Assembly: GCA_964543385.1 (NCBI GenBank)
Contig: CAZIYE010000004.1
Span: forward strand, 1 to 32,000
Source: an uncultured Candidatus Saccharibacteria bacterium
GTDB taxonomy: Bacteria; Patescibacteriota; UBA1384; XYA2-FULL-43-10; 1-14-0-10-43-13
Length of the DNA: 32,000 nucleotides
Reading direction: 5' to 3'
The notes under the pieces were generated by a model. That model worked only from the letters and a program-made list of their open reading frames with translations. It was not told where the DNA came from and made no database searches. This document shows, one piece after another, positions 19,475 through 28,715 of this stretch. The position numbers were made by a program, and so were the translations under genes. The stretch's first letter is position 1; each line of letters opens with the position of its first letter.

Positions 19475-20073
19475 TCCAGCCTCCTCTCTTTTAGGGATTC
19501 AAGACATCCACAATATGCTGGCAATGATACGCCATGATTTCTAGCATAATTTCTTCCCATCCAATAGCCCTTACGAAAGTCTTGATAATAGAAATTTACC
19601 CCGTAGTCTAAAGCAATTTCATTGCTAATCTCGACTATCTCATCATGATTTTTATATGGGGAACAAAGCAATGTGGTAGTAAAATATTTGATCCTTCTTT
19701 TTTTTGCCTGTTCAATTGTTTTTTGCATTACCATCGAATTGCAGAGAAAACAACGTTTTCTTCGATACCGCTCCTTATCACTGATATACTTCATCGAGGC
19801 AGGATCTTTAAAGGGATTGGTCAAATTAGAAAAATCGCTTGGGTCATAGTTTGCTTCGACGAATTCTATTTTGTTATTTAGGCAGTATTCTATTAGTCCT
19901 TGCTTGCGCTGGTTATATTCTTGCGCCTCATCGATCTCTGGATTGTAAAAAAAGGCTACTACTTTAAAACCAACTTTTTCTAGCTCCGAAAAAACATGAC
20001 TGGCACAAGCTGTGCAGCAACTATGTACAAAAATTTTTTTGCTCATAGCCGATATCCTTATATTAATTGGCAC
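19471..20073 (-). CDS. queH: epoxyqueuosine reductase QueH
   Basis: ORF 200 aa; [52 protein letters not shown] (conserved paired Cys of the QueH/DUF208 family). Confidence 0.92.
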   Translation of the reverse strand: MPINIRISAMSKKIFVHSCCTACASHVFSELEKVGFKVVAFFYNPEIDEAQEYNQRKQGLIEYCLNNKIEFVEANYDPSDFSNLTNPFKDPASMKYISDKERYRRKRCFLCNSMVMQKTIEQAKKRRIKYFTTTLLCSPYKNHDEIVEISNEIALDYGVNFYYQDFRKGYWMGRNYARNHGVSLPAYCGCLESLKERRLE

Positions 20074-21104
20074 TGATCTACTGGCTTTTGTATTCTGAGG
20101 TGTTTATAAGCCAGAAGTGTGGCGATTCTACCACGATTAGTACGATTAATAAACCCCAGCTGTAGAAGATATGGCTCTATAACGTCCTCTATTGTGTCTT
20201 TGTCTTCGGAAATTGCCGCGGAGATAGTCTCTAACCCAACTGGACCGCCACTAAATTTATTGATTATAGTATCCAGATAAAAACGATCATTTCTATCCAG
20301 ACCTAATTCATCAATATCTAACTTATTGATTGCTTCAAAAGCTACAGCCTTATTCACAACACCATTATGCTTTACTTCTGCATAGTCTCTCACTCTCTTG
20401 AGAAGACGATTAGCTATACGTGGAGTCTTCCTTGATCTTTTGGCAATTTCTAGAATACCGCTATCATCTATCTTTATCCCAAGTATCTGTGCCGACCTTC
20501 TGATAATTTCTGAAAGTTCTTTATCTTCATAAAATTCAAGTCTATGTACAAAACCAAAGCGATCACGCAAAGGAGATGAAAGCGAACCAAACTTTGTAGT
20601 AGCACCGATTAAGGTAAACTTTGGAAGATTCATTCTCATTGCTTTTGCAGAAGGCCCCTTACCTAATATTAGGTCAACGGCGTAATCCTCCATGGCAGAA
20701 TACAAAATTTCCTCGACTGTGGTATTGAGACGATGAATCTCATCGATGAAAAGAATATCGCTCTCAGATAAATTCGTCAGCAGAGACACCAGATCTCCTG
20801 ATCTTTGGATGGCTGGACCTGACGTTATTCTAATATTTACTCCCATCTCAGAGGCAATAATATTTGCAAGAGTAGTTTTGCCAAGCCCTGGAGGACCATA
20901 AAAAAGCATATGTTCAACTGGTTCGCTTCTTTTTCTGGCGGCTTCTATAAATATAACTAGATTTTCTTTGATTTGATTTTGTCCGACGTATTCTGCAATT
21001 TTTTTAGGCCGCAAAGAAAAATCGAGCACTTCATCATCATTAGTAAAAGAAGTGGAGGTTAAATCAGACTCGAAATTTTCGCTATCACTTTTTTTCATAT
21101 ACAA
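20058..21104 (-). CDS. ruvB: Holliday junction branch migration helicase RuvB
   Basis: ORF 348 aa; [58 protein letters not shown]. Confidence 0.98.
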   Translation of the reverse strand: MYMKKSDSENFESDLTSTSFTNDDEVLDFSLRPKKIAEYVGQNQIKENLVIFIEAARKRSEPVEHMLFYGPPGLGKTTLANIIASEMGVNIRITSGPAIQRSGDLVSLLTNLSESDILFIDEIHRLNTTVEEILYSAMEDYAVDLILGKGPSAKAMRMNLPKFTLIGATTKFGSLSSPLRDRFGFVHRLEFYEDKELSEIIRRSAQILGIKIDDSGILEIAKRSRKTPRIANRLLKRVRDYAEVKHNGVVNKAVAFEAINKLDIDELGLDRNDRFYLDTIINKFSGGPVGLETISAAISEDKDTIEDVIEPYLLQLGFINRTNRGRIATLLAYKHLRIQKPVDQCQLI

Positions 21105-21173
21105 AATAATAAGTCATTGGAGATCTTAGGCTTATTATAGATAGTCTGTCTGGATATGTAAAATAATAAATAA

Positions 21174-21758
21174 TTACTTCGCTGATAAGTTTTTTAAACA
21201 CCACCGAACTCTTTCTTCGGTGGAGATTATATCGGATGGGATTTTACTAACCAACCCCTGTATTTCTGATTTTTTATAGCCCAAAGATTGCATTGCATCC
21301 ATTAAATCATCTGCTTCATCAATTTTCCCGATGACGTTAATGCTTTTATCAGAAGATATTTTTGATTTAAGATCAAGGATTATTTTGGCTGCTACTTTCT
21401 TACCTATTCCAGAAATTGCAGTAAAGAAACTCATGTCATCGCTGATTATTGCATGAAGAATTTTATCTGTCCCCGCATAGCTCATAATATTTAAACCAGC
21501 TTTTGGACCGACACCATTAACAGAAATCAATTTCTCAAATAACTCTAATTCTTGGTAGCTCAAAAAACCATAAAAATCATCGGCATCCTCCCTGATATGC
21601 TCATAGATATATAGCTCTACATCTTCTCGCGTATCGACGATGTTATTCTTTATTTTGATTTGCGGATTGACAAAAACTTTATAACCGACTCCTCTAGTTT
21701 CCAGGATAATAAGACCCCATTTAAATAAAACTACTCTACCTTTTAGATAAGAAATCAT
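21174..21758 (-). CDS. ruvA: Holliday junction DNA helicase subunit RuvA
   Basis: ORF 194 aa; MISYLKGRV, LYIYEHIREDADDFYGF, LISVNGVGPKAGLNIM, ISGIGKKVAAKIILDLK. Confidence 0.96.
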   Translation of the reverse strand: MISYLKGRVVLFKWGLIILETRGVGYKVFVNPQIKIKNNIVDTREDVELYIYEHIREDADDFYGFLSYQELELFEKLISVNGVGPKAGLNIMSYAGTDKILHAIISDDMSFFTAISGIGKKVAAKIILDLKSKISSDKSINVIGKIDEADDLMDAMQSLGYKKSEIQGLVSKIPSDIISTEERVRWCLKNLSAK

Positions 21759-22763
21759 TTATTTGTCCTTCTTGGTTTCAGGAAAAGCAATATCTAGTAT
21801 ATCTCCTGCGACATTTCGAGACTCACCCTCGTAAGGGAAATGATGCATAAATATTCCAGGACTTGAGTTTATCTCCACAATAATGTGATTGTCGGGTGTT
21901 TGCTCTACTGTAATATCCCTTGAAAGAAAATCCATGCCGCCATAGGCAAGGCCGGGGATTGCCTTAATTACTTTTACTGCAATTTCGTGCACTGAAGGAT
22001 GAACCTTATCGGTAAAATCGATGCTGTCACCCCCAGTTGAAAGATTGGAATTTTCACGCAGGAATACTTGTTCGCCAGCTTGCGGCTTATAATTGATGTC
22101 TCTGTTAGACTTTTTTAATGTTTCAATAACAATGTCATCTATATCAATTTTTACGAGGCATTTTTTAAAATCCTTATATGAGTCATCACCTCTTCTGGGA
22201 TCAGAATTTTTAATCTCCACTAATTCTTTTATTGTGTGGATGCCATCGCCGATCACATTAGCAGGAACACGATTAGTAATTCCCAGTACTTTGTCCTGAC
22301 TAGCAACTACTCGATACTCCGTACCGCCATCAAAATAGCGCTCGACAAGAATATTATTGAATTTAATTGATACTTTCTGCCAGTGTTTAATAAAATCATC
22401 CTCGTCGGCAATATTTGCAAAAACACAATTTCCATGACTTGAATTTGTCGGTTTAATAACAACCGGATATCCTATTTTCTTTGCAAAGGCCAGCGCTTCA
22501 TCTAACTGCATTTTGGTAAATTTTTCGCCTTCGGCTATTGATAGGCCAGCCTCTTTTAGAACCTGCTTCGTCAAATTCTTATTGTTAACTAACTCATAAG
22601 CAACCGATGTTGTTTTGGAAATAAATTGGCAACACAGGTATTCTTCATGACCTCCATAGCTTAGTTTGGCAACTTTTCCTGGGCATAAGTCATCTACCTT
22701 GACACCACGTTTATTTGCTTCATTAACAATGATCTGAGTTGAGATTGTATAATTTTCTTTCAT
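21759..22763 (-). CDS. ATP-grasp ligase, standalone CphA/GshAB-like (copy A)
   Basis: ORF 334 aa; ISKTTSVAYELVNNKNLTKQVLKEAGL, GYPVVIKPTNSSHG, GTEYRVVASQDKVLGITNRVPANVIGDG, FLRENSNLSTGGDSIDFTD, IVEINSSPGI. Confidence 0.85.
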   Translation of the reverse strand: MKENYTISTQIIVNEANKRGVKVDDLCPGKVAKLSYGGHEEYLCCQFISKTTSVAYELVNNKNLTKQVLKEAGLSIAEGEKFTKMQLDEALAFAKKIGYPVVIKPTNSSHGNCVFANIADEDDFIKHWQKVSIKFNNILVERYFDGGTEYRVVASQDKVLGITNRVPANVIGDGIHTIKELVEIKNSDPRRGDDSYKDFKKCLVKIDIDDIVIETLKKSNRDINYKPQAGEQVFLRENSNLSTGGDSIDFTDKVHPSVHEIAVKVIKAIPGLAYGGMDFLSRDITVEQTPDNHIIVEINSSPGIFMHHFPYEGESRNVAGDILDIAFPETKKDK

Positions 22764-22770
22764 TCTTTAC

Positions 22771-23751
22771 CTATTTAATTGTTTCTGGAAAATTGACATC
22801 GATAATTGCTGACGCAATATCAACCGGTTTGCCAATCGTTGGCTGATGGTGCAAAGCAATTCCAGGAATAGAATTTACTTCGATCACAACATAATTATCT
22901 TTATTCTGAAGTTTGGTGATATCTTTTGTCATAAAATCAACCCCGCCATATTGCAAACCTGGTATTGCCTCAATAGCTTTCCTGGATATCTCTAAAACTG
23001 AAGGGTGTGCAATTTCATTACAGTCAAGACTTTCACCCCCTGTAGCAATATTAGAGTTTTCACGTAAGAATATTTGTTCATCCTTTTTTGGGATATAGTC
23101 TAAATCGTGTCCTTCTTTCTTAATCGTTCCGCGCACAACATCATCAATTACAATTTGTGCTAGTGGTGTAAGACCGGGGCCTCGTCTAGGATCCTGATTT
23201 TTTATGCCGATAAGTTCGCGCAGATTGTGAGTACCGTCACCAACTACATTAGCAGGAATTCGGTGTATGACAGATAGAGATTTATCTCTGGTAGCGAATA
23301 CGCGGTATTCTTTGCCAATAAACATCTTTTCAACAATAATTTCGCTATATTTTTGGCCAATTTTTTTCCAGGCAGATAAAAACTGCTCCTTGTCCGATAT
23401 GTTTGGAAACACAAGATCACCTTCCATGCCGGTAGTTGGCTTTACCACAACTGGCCAACCATTTTTTTCCACGTATGACAAAGCTTCATAGATTTGATCA
23501 TTTAAGAAATTCATGCCTTTAGGGACTTCAACCCCTGCTTCCTCGAGCAACATTTTTGTAAAATTTTTGTTCAGGCAAAACTTCGAAGCAAGTGCAGTCG
23601 TTTTAGATGAAAGAGTTTCATTGAAATACTCTTTATGTCCTTGATACTCCAAAACAAAGTAGTCCCTATGGTAAAATCTGACACTTATTCCCCGCTTTAT
23701 TGCTTCATCTGTGACATATTTGACTGCCAAACGCATGACTTTGTGACTCAT
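22771..23751 (-). CDS. ATP-grasp ligase, standalone CphA/GshAB-like (copy B, diverged paralog of A)
   Basis: ORF 326 aa; same layout: SSKTTALASKFCLNKNFTKMLLEEAGV, GWPVVVKPTTGMEG, KEYRVFATRDKSLSVIHRIPANVVGDG, FLRENSNIATGGESLDCNEIAHP, VIEVNSIPGIALHH. Confidence 0.85.
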   Translation of the reverse strand: MSHKVMRLAVKYVTDEAIKRGISVRFYHRDYFVLEYQGHKEYFNETLSSKTTALASKFCLNKNFTKMLLEEAGVEVPKGMNFLNDQIYEALSYVEKNGWPVVVKPTTGMEGDLVFPNISDKEQFLSAWKKIGQKYSEIIVEKMFIGKEYRVFATRDKSLSVIHRIPANVVGDGTHNLRELIGIKNQDPRRGPGLTPLAQIVIDDVVRGTIKKEGHDLDYIPKKDEQIFLRENSNIATGGESLDCNEIAHPSVLEISRKAIEAIPGLQYGGVDFMTKDITKLQNKDNYVVIEVNSIPGIALHHQPTIGKPVDIASAIIDVNFPETIK

Positions 23752-23839
23752 CAGTACTCCTTTTTGTTGTCTTATTTCTCTCTTATCAAGATAACGGTAA
23801 TGACCGCTTAAATCAAGTGATTTATCTTATTGCTTAGGG

Positions 23840-23868
23840 TTGAAAAAGTTAGGAAAATATTGTATAGT
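23840..23868 (+). promoter_or_regulatory. sigma70-type promoter of the PGM1-like ligase
   Basis: TTGAAA (23840-23845) - 17 nt - TATAGT (23863-23868). Confidence 0.6.
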
Positions 23869-23928
23869 TTTGGCTTACTCTATATCAAAAAGCTTGCCCT
23901 TAAGGGCCAAATAGTGGACAATACAATT

Positions 23929-25488
23929 ATGAAAACCGAAGAGCAGATAATCTTTTCGAATCTTCAAAAAAGATTGAAAAAAAATAAGAAGCTTTCTAAC
24001 TACAATTATCGTGGCGAAAGAACTTTTGTAGTTGTCTCGGGCTTAAATTCTGACAAATTTAACCTTTCAAAAGTTAAGGGCTTAAGATTTTATGAAGAGA
24101 GAATGTTGTTTATCCTTTTTCTTCTCAAATATAAGAATACGAAGATTGTATATGTAACTTCTGATAATTTTGACACCACTCTATTCGATTATTATCTAGG
24201 CTTGATATCAGGCAAGCCAAAAGAGATTGCCGATATGAAATCAAGATTGACCCATATTCAGGTAAAAGACAGCCAGCACCTGAGTCTTACCGAAAAGCTA
24301 TACAATTCTCATGCCGCTCTCAAAAGAATTGCTAAGGCTATTACAAATGAAAAGACCACCGTTTTACGTTGCTATAATCCAACTATTCTTGAAAGAAAAT
24401 TAGCAGTAAGAATTGGTATACCCCTCTTCGGATCTGCCGAGAAATTTGATTACGTTGGCAGTAAAAGTGGCGGACGCAAGGTATTTAAATTAGCCGACCT
24501 AAATGTCATCCCCGGAATTACTAGCTTGAAAAGTTTTACTGAACTTTATGGGGCAATCGCGAAATTAATGAGAGACTACCCAAAGTTCAAGAAATTGGTA
24601 ATTAAACTTGAACAGGGTGCTTCTGGTAGGGGGAATTGTCTCTTTTCTGTAGAAGATTTTTTGAATGACAATGATATCGAGATTTCTATTAGAACAGATC
24701 TGGCCAAACTCACCTCTTTAATCAAAAAGAATTTCCATAAATATTGCAGGTTAGAAGCGGATGACTTAGAGATAGAGAGATATATCAGGGAATTCAATAG
24801 GATTGGCGGCATAGTTGAGGGTTATGTCGATGGAAAAATAAAATATTCTCCTAGCGCACAGTTGTTTTTATCGACAGAAGGAAAAGTCTCTATTGCTTCT
24901 ACCCATGAGCAAATTCTCGGTGGTTCTGACGGTCAAAAATATCTTGGCTGTACATTTCCGGCTTTGGACGTTCATCGCAAGCTAGTTATTCGAGAGGCCA
25001 AAAAAGTCGGTGACTGGATGATAAAGAAGGGTATGGTTGGTCATTTCTCGATTGATTTTGTTACGGTTCAGTCAAATGAGTTAGAAATACCGAAGATATA
25101 CCCAATTGAGATAAATTTACGTAAAGGCGGCACAACTCATCCTTTTAGAATTGCTTACTATCTGACTAAATCAAAATATAATAAGCGGGACGGCATTTTA
25201 TACTGTGGCAAAACTCCAATTTATTATATGGCCAGAGATATCGTAGAATCAGAGAAATACAAAGTTTTATCATCATCCGAGCTGATTAAGATGATTGATA
25301 AGAGCAAAATTAGTTTCAATAAAAATACCAAAAAAGGCGTTATGGTCTATATGCCAGGAATGATCTCGGAGTATGGAAGATTTGGCGCATTATCGGTTGG
25401 CCATACCAAAGAGGAAGCAGAAGAATACTTTAAAAAACTTATAAAAGCTATCAACCTACACTCTAATAGAAAAATAAATAAAATTTAG
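23929..25488 (+). CDS. PGM1-like ATP-grasp peptide/carboxylate-amine ligase; alternative GTG start at 23914
   Basis: KVFKLADLNVIPGITSLKSF, KLEQGASGRGNCLFS, IPKIYPIEINLRKGGTTHPFRIAYYL, GMISEYGRFGALSVGHTKEEA; the promoter position argues against the track start at 23830. Confidence 0.78.
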   Translation: MKTEEQIIFSNLQKRLKKNKKLSNYNYRGERTFVVVSGLNSDKFNLSKVKGLRFYEERMLFILFLLKYKNTKIVYVTSDNFDTTLFDYYLGLISGKPKEIADMKSRLTHIQVKDSQHLSLTEKLYNSHAALKRIAKAITNEKTTVLRCYNPTILERKLAVRIGIPLFGSAEKFDYVGSKSGGRKVFKLADLNVIPGITSLKSFTELYGAIAKLMRDYPKFKKLVIKLEQGASGRGNCLFSVEDFLNDNDIEISIRTDLAKLTSLIKKNFHKYCRLEADDLEIERYIREFNRIGGIVEGYVDGKIKYSPSAQLFLSTEGKVSIASTHEQILGGSDGQKYLGCTFPALDVHRKLVIREAKKVGDWMIKKGMVGHFSIDFVTVQSNELEIPKIYPIEINLRKGGTTHPFRIAYYLTKSKYNKRDGILYCGKTPIYYMARDIVESEKYKVLSSSELIKMIDKSKISFNKNTKKGVMVYMPGMISEYGRFGALSVGHTKEEAEEYFKKLIKAINLHSNRKINKI

Positions 25489-25519
25489 TGACTTTTCGAT
25501 AAGTGATAAGCTGCTAAGA

Positions 25520-26509
25520 CTAAGATCTCCCCTTTAAATACTCTGCGGCTTCTTCTGGCGGCATAGTATTGATGACAATATCGCTACTCAACTCAAAACC
25601 ACCGTATCTAGAGACTCTTGGCACAATTTCAATATGCCAATGGTACGAATCGGAGTTCTCGTGAATCGTTGGCAATGTATGGATGTAAAAGTTTAGAGGT
25701 GGGTTTTCTAGGGTTTTGTCGATCATTTGGAAAACAGTGGTCAAAGCATCTGCACAATCTTTCATATAAGTTTTTGAAGTATTCTCGAACTGACTTTCGT
25801 GTTTTTTGGGCATAACCCAGGTCTCAAAAGGAAATCTAGGTGCATAAAAATTGAAGGCGATGAAGTGCTCATTTTCATATACAACTCTGATTTTTTCTTT
25901 GATCTCATGATGAATAATATCGCAGTAAACACAAGCCCCATTTATGCCATAGTAGCGGTCTGCGCCCTCTAACTCTCTGCCGACTTCATTTGTTACAATT
26001 CCTGAAGCAAATATCTGAGCATGCGGATGATCGATAGATGCTCCAGCTTCGGCCCCATGATTGTAGATAGGAACAATAGAGGCAACTTTCTCATGCTCTT
26101 TCATCCATAGATATCTTTCTCTTATAACCTCAAGGACTTCATCCATGAGAGATTTACTAAACTTCAATAATGGGGTTGTGTGATCTTTTATGATAATTAC
26201 TTCGTGATCCCCCACGGAGGCACGTGCGCGATAAAAACCCTCTTCAGGATAAAAACTTCTGATTGATTTTTTGGATTCATCTTCAACAAAAGCCGGAAAA
26301 CGATTCTCAACTACATAAACATTCTCTGTTTCATATTTCATGTGAGCTTTATTCTGTTTGTATCCTACAGAATCCACACAAAATGGACAGTTATCCTTAT
26401 TAGAAACTTTCACACTTTTTGGAATAACGAAATCTTTTGGACGCTTTGCTCTTTCTGGCGCTACGACTACCCAATCACCAGTTATGATATTTTGTCTTAG
26501 TTCTGGCAT
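25520..26509 (-). CDS. galT: galactose-1-phosphate uridylyltransferase family (HIT-like hexose-1-P nucleotidylyltransferase)
   Basis: MPELRQNIITGDWVVVAPERAKRPKDF, CPFC, PIYNHGAEAGASIDHPHAQIFASG, WHIEIVPR; start MPEL at 26509 is preferred. Confidence 0.9.
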   Translation of the reverse strand: MPELRQNIITGDWVVVAPERAKRPKDFVIPKSVKVSNKDNCPFCVDSVGYKQNKAHMKYETENVYVVENRFPAFVEDESKKSIRSFYPEEGFYRARASVGDHEVIIIKDHTTPLLKFSKSLMDEVLEVIRERYLWMKEHEKVASIVPIYNHGAEAGASIDHPHAQIFASGIVTNEVGRELEGADRYYGINGACVYCDIIHHEIKEKIRVVYENEHFIAFNFYAPRFPFETWVMPKKHESQFENTSKTYMKDCADALTTVFQMIDKTLENPPLNFYIHTLPTIHENSDSYHWHIEIVPRVSRYGGFELSSDIVINTMPPEEAAEYLKGRS

Positions 26510-26541
26510 CTTCCCTCCGATCAAATTTTCAATTTTATTTT

Positions 26542-27045
26542 TTAAACTATCTTTTGATTTGTTTGGCCATGGCAGATTGCAATAGCCAATGCATCAGCAG
26601 CATCATCTGGCTTTGGACAATCTTTGAGTTTGCATGTAACCTTTACCATTTCTTGTATCTGATTTTTGTCTGCCCTGCCATAACCAGTTAAGGCCTGTTT
26701 TACCTGTAAAGGCGTATACTCGAAGACTGGCAGACTGAAATTTTTTGCGACAACGATTGCCACCCCTCTTGCCTCGGCAACCGAAATTATTGTTTTCTGG
26801 TTTTTAAAGAAAAATAGTTCTTCAATCGCAAATTCATCTATCTGGTTTGTCCTAATTATATCAGATAAGGAATTGAAAATATGCAAAAGACGCTCGCTGC
26901 GCTCGCTATTTGCCGGAGTTCTTACACAACCATATTTTATAGGGATTATTTCAGATCCCCTTTTCTCTATTATCCCCCAGCCCATTATACCAGTCCCTGG
27001 ATCAATACCAAGAATTCTAATCGAGTTATTTTTTAATTTTTCCAT
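26542..27045 (-). CDS. ruvC: Holliday junction resolvase RuvC
   Basis: ORF 167 aa; RILGIDPGTGIMGWGII, AIEELFFFKNQKTIISVAEARGVA, YTPLQVKQALTGYGRADKNQIQEMV, DDAADALAIAICH. Confidence 0.97.
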   Translation of the reverse strand: MEKLKNNSIRILGIDPGTGIMGWGIIEKRGSEIIPIKYGCVRTPANSERSERLLHIFNSLSDIIRTNQIDEFAIEELFFFKNQKTIISVAEARGVAIVVAKNFSLPVFEYTPLQVKQALTGYGRADKNQIQEMVKVTCKLKDCPKPDDAADALAIAICHGQTNQKIV

Positions 27046-27776
27046 TATAGATTAGCGTTTGAGTACACATTATTTACATCATCGAGATCATCGAGCGCTT
27101 CAAGTAAGATTTCGATTGATTCCATCTTGTCAGCCGGCACATCATTGTAAACTTTTGCCATTTGTATAGCCTCAGCACTGGTGACAACCACTCCGGCTGC
27201 CTCAAGATTAGATTTAACTGAATTTATATCAGGGAATTCGCAAGTAACTACGACAAGACCATCATCAACAGAAAAATCTGTAGCGCCAGAATCAATGATT
27301 GCCATTTGCATTTCTTCGCCCTTGAGAGGATTATTTGTCTCATCAATAATGATTTGACCAACCTTATTAAAAAGATAATTAACACTGCCAGCGGAGGCCA
27401 GAGTACCACCCTTTTTATTCAGAACAGCCCTGATTTCGCCTAGTGCTCGGTTCTTTGAGTCAGTTAGACATTCAATCATAATAGCGATACCTGCTGGTCC
27501 GTAGACTTCATAGATAATCTCTTCGAGTGCCGCACCACCATCAAGTCCCCCAAGACCTTTTTTGATTGCTCTATCGATATTGTCTTTTGGCATACTTACG
27601 GATTTTGCATTGTCGATGGCAATTCGAAGTCCTGGATTCATTGCTACGTCGCCGCTTTTACCATCACGAGCCGCGATAGTAATAAGTTTGGCTGCCTTGG
27701 TAAAAACCTTGGCGCGCTTAGAATCGATAATTGCTTTTTTATGTTTAGTTGTTGCCCATTTACTATGTCCCGACAT
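27045..27776 (-). CDS. yebC: YebC/PmpR/TACO1-family protein
   Basis: ORF 243 aa; MSGHSKWATTKHKKAIIDSKRAKVFTKAAKLITIAARDGKSGD, MPKDNIDRAIKKG. Confidence 0.96.
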   Translation of the reverse strand: MSGHSKWATTKHKKAIIDSKRAKVFTKAAKLITIAARDGKSGDVAMNPGLRIAIDNAKSVSMPKDNIDRAIKKGLGGLDGGAALEEIIYEVYGPAGIAIMIECLTDSKNRALGEIRAVLNKKGGTLASAGSVNYLFNKVGQIIIDETNNPLKGEEMQMAIIDSGATDFSVDDGLVVVTCEFPDINSVKSNLEAAGVVVTSAEAIQMAKVYNDVPADKMESIEILLEALDDLDDVNNVYSNANL

Positions 27777-27816
27777 GATAAATCCCTAGTTTGTTAATTT
27801 TAACTCTACTCTAGCC

Positions 27817-28713
27817 TCAAATGGACGTTTTTTCAAGCTTACTATCCTTATTTTCGATTTTATCATTGTTCAAGATAAAGTTGACGTTATCATCTGTTTT
27901 GTCCGTCCTTAGTATCTCTATCGACGCTTGATTAAAATAATCGATCACAGCCTGATGCGGATGGCCGAATTGGTTATCTTTGCCAGCCATGACTATCACT
28001 GTTTTAGGCGTAGAAATCTCGTAAAGTCTTGGAAGCAAAGCATTACTGGAGCCATGATGAGGCACTTTGATAATTTCGCTCTGAAAGATATCTATCTTGC
28101 CAACTTTTTCATAATATTCCAACATGGCTTGTTGACCGTTTTTTTCTAGATCCCCCAGAGATAAAACACAATTGTCAAAATAGCAAATTTTTGACACAAG
28201 AGAGGTATCATTAAGATTACTTGTGCTTTTACTTACAAATTGATCTCCTGGCCAAATAAAGGCAATACTGGCGTTGGCTGCAAATTGTCTTCGATCCCCT
28301 ATTTTAGGTACATTGAAGGGAATCTTCTTGATTTTTATTTTTTCGAGAAATTCGATGTATTGGGAGGAGCTAGAAATAACGCCTGTACTCAATATCTCCC
28401 CTATCTCATACCGATCCATTAGTTGATTGATTCCAATAAGGTGATCGGCATGTGGATGCGTCAATACAACTAGTTCTATCTTGCGATCCATGGGTGGCAT
28501 CAGATCGCTAATTCTCGATAAAATACTATCATCAGGTCCACCGTCAATAATGATTTGGAAGTTATCTTTCTGAACGAGAGCTGCATCACCTTGGCCGACA
28601 TTCAAGAAACTGACTGAGAGCATATCCTTTTTTGGGATACGGAAAATATTTGCCGTTAGGAAGATAGCAATGCACAGCAAGATGCTAAATAATGATATAA
28701 GATAGCGGTTCAA
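27817..28713 (-). CDS. ComEC-type metallo-beta-lactamase domain, separate protein (TTG start)
   Basis: ORF 298 aa; LSVSFLNVGQGDAALVQ, IIIDGG, VLTHPHADHLIG, CVLSLGDLEK, IIKVPHHGSSNAL. Confidence 0.9.
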   Translation of the reverse strand: MNRYLISLFSILLCIAIFLTANIFRIPKKDMLSVSFLNVGQGDAALVQKDNFQIIIDGGPDDSILSRISDLMPPMDRKIELVVLTHPHADHLIGINQLMDRYEIGEILSTGVISSSSQYIEFLEKIKIKKIPFNVPKIGDRRQFAANASIAFIWPGDQFVSKSTSNLNDTSLVSKICYFDNCVLSLGDLEKNGQQAMLEYYEKVGKIDIFQSEIIKVPHHGSSNALLPRLYEISTPKTVIVMAGKDNQFGHPHQAVIDYFNQASIEILRTDKTDDNVNFILNNDKIENKDSKLEKTSI

Positions 28714-28715
28714 TA

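Noticed and set aside
23830-23913. Longer start of the PGM1-like ligase
   Set aside because: It would begin upstream of the predicted -35/-10; starts at 23914 (GTG) or 23929 (ATG) fit better.
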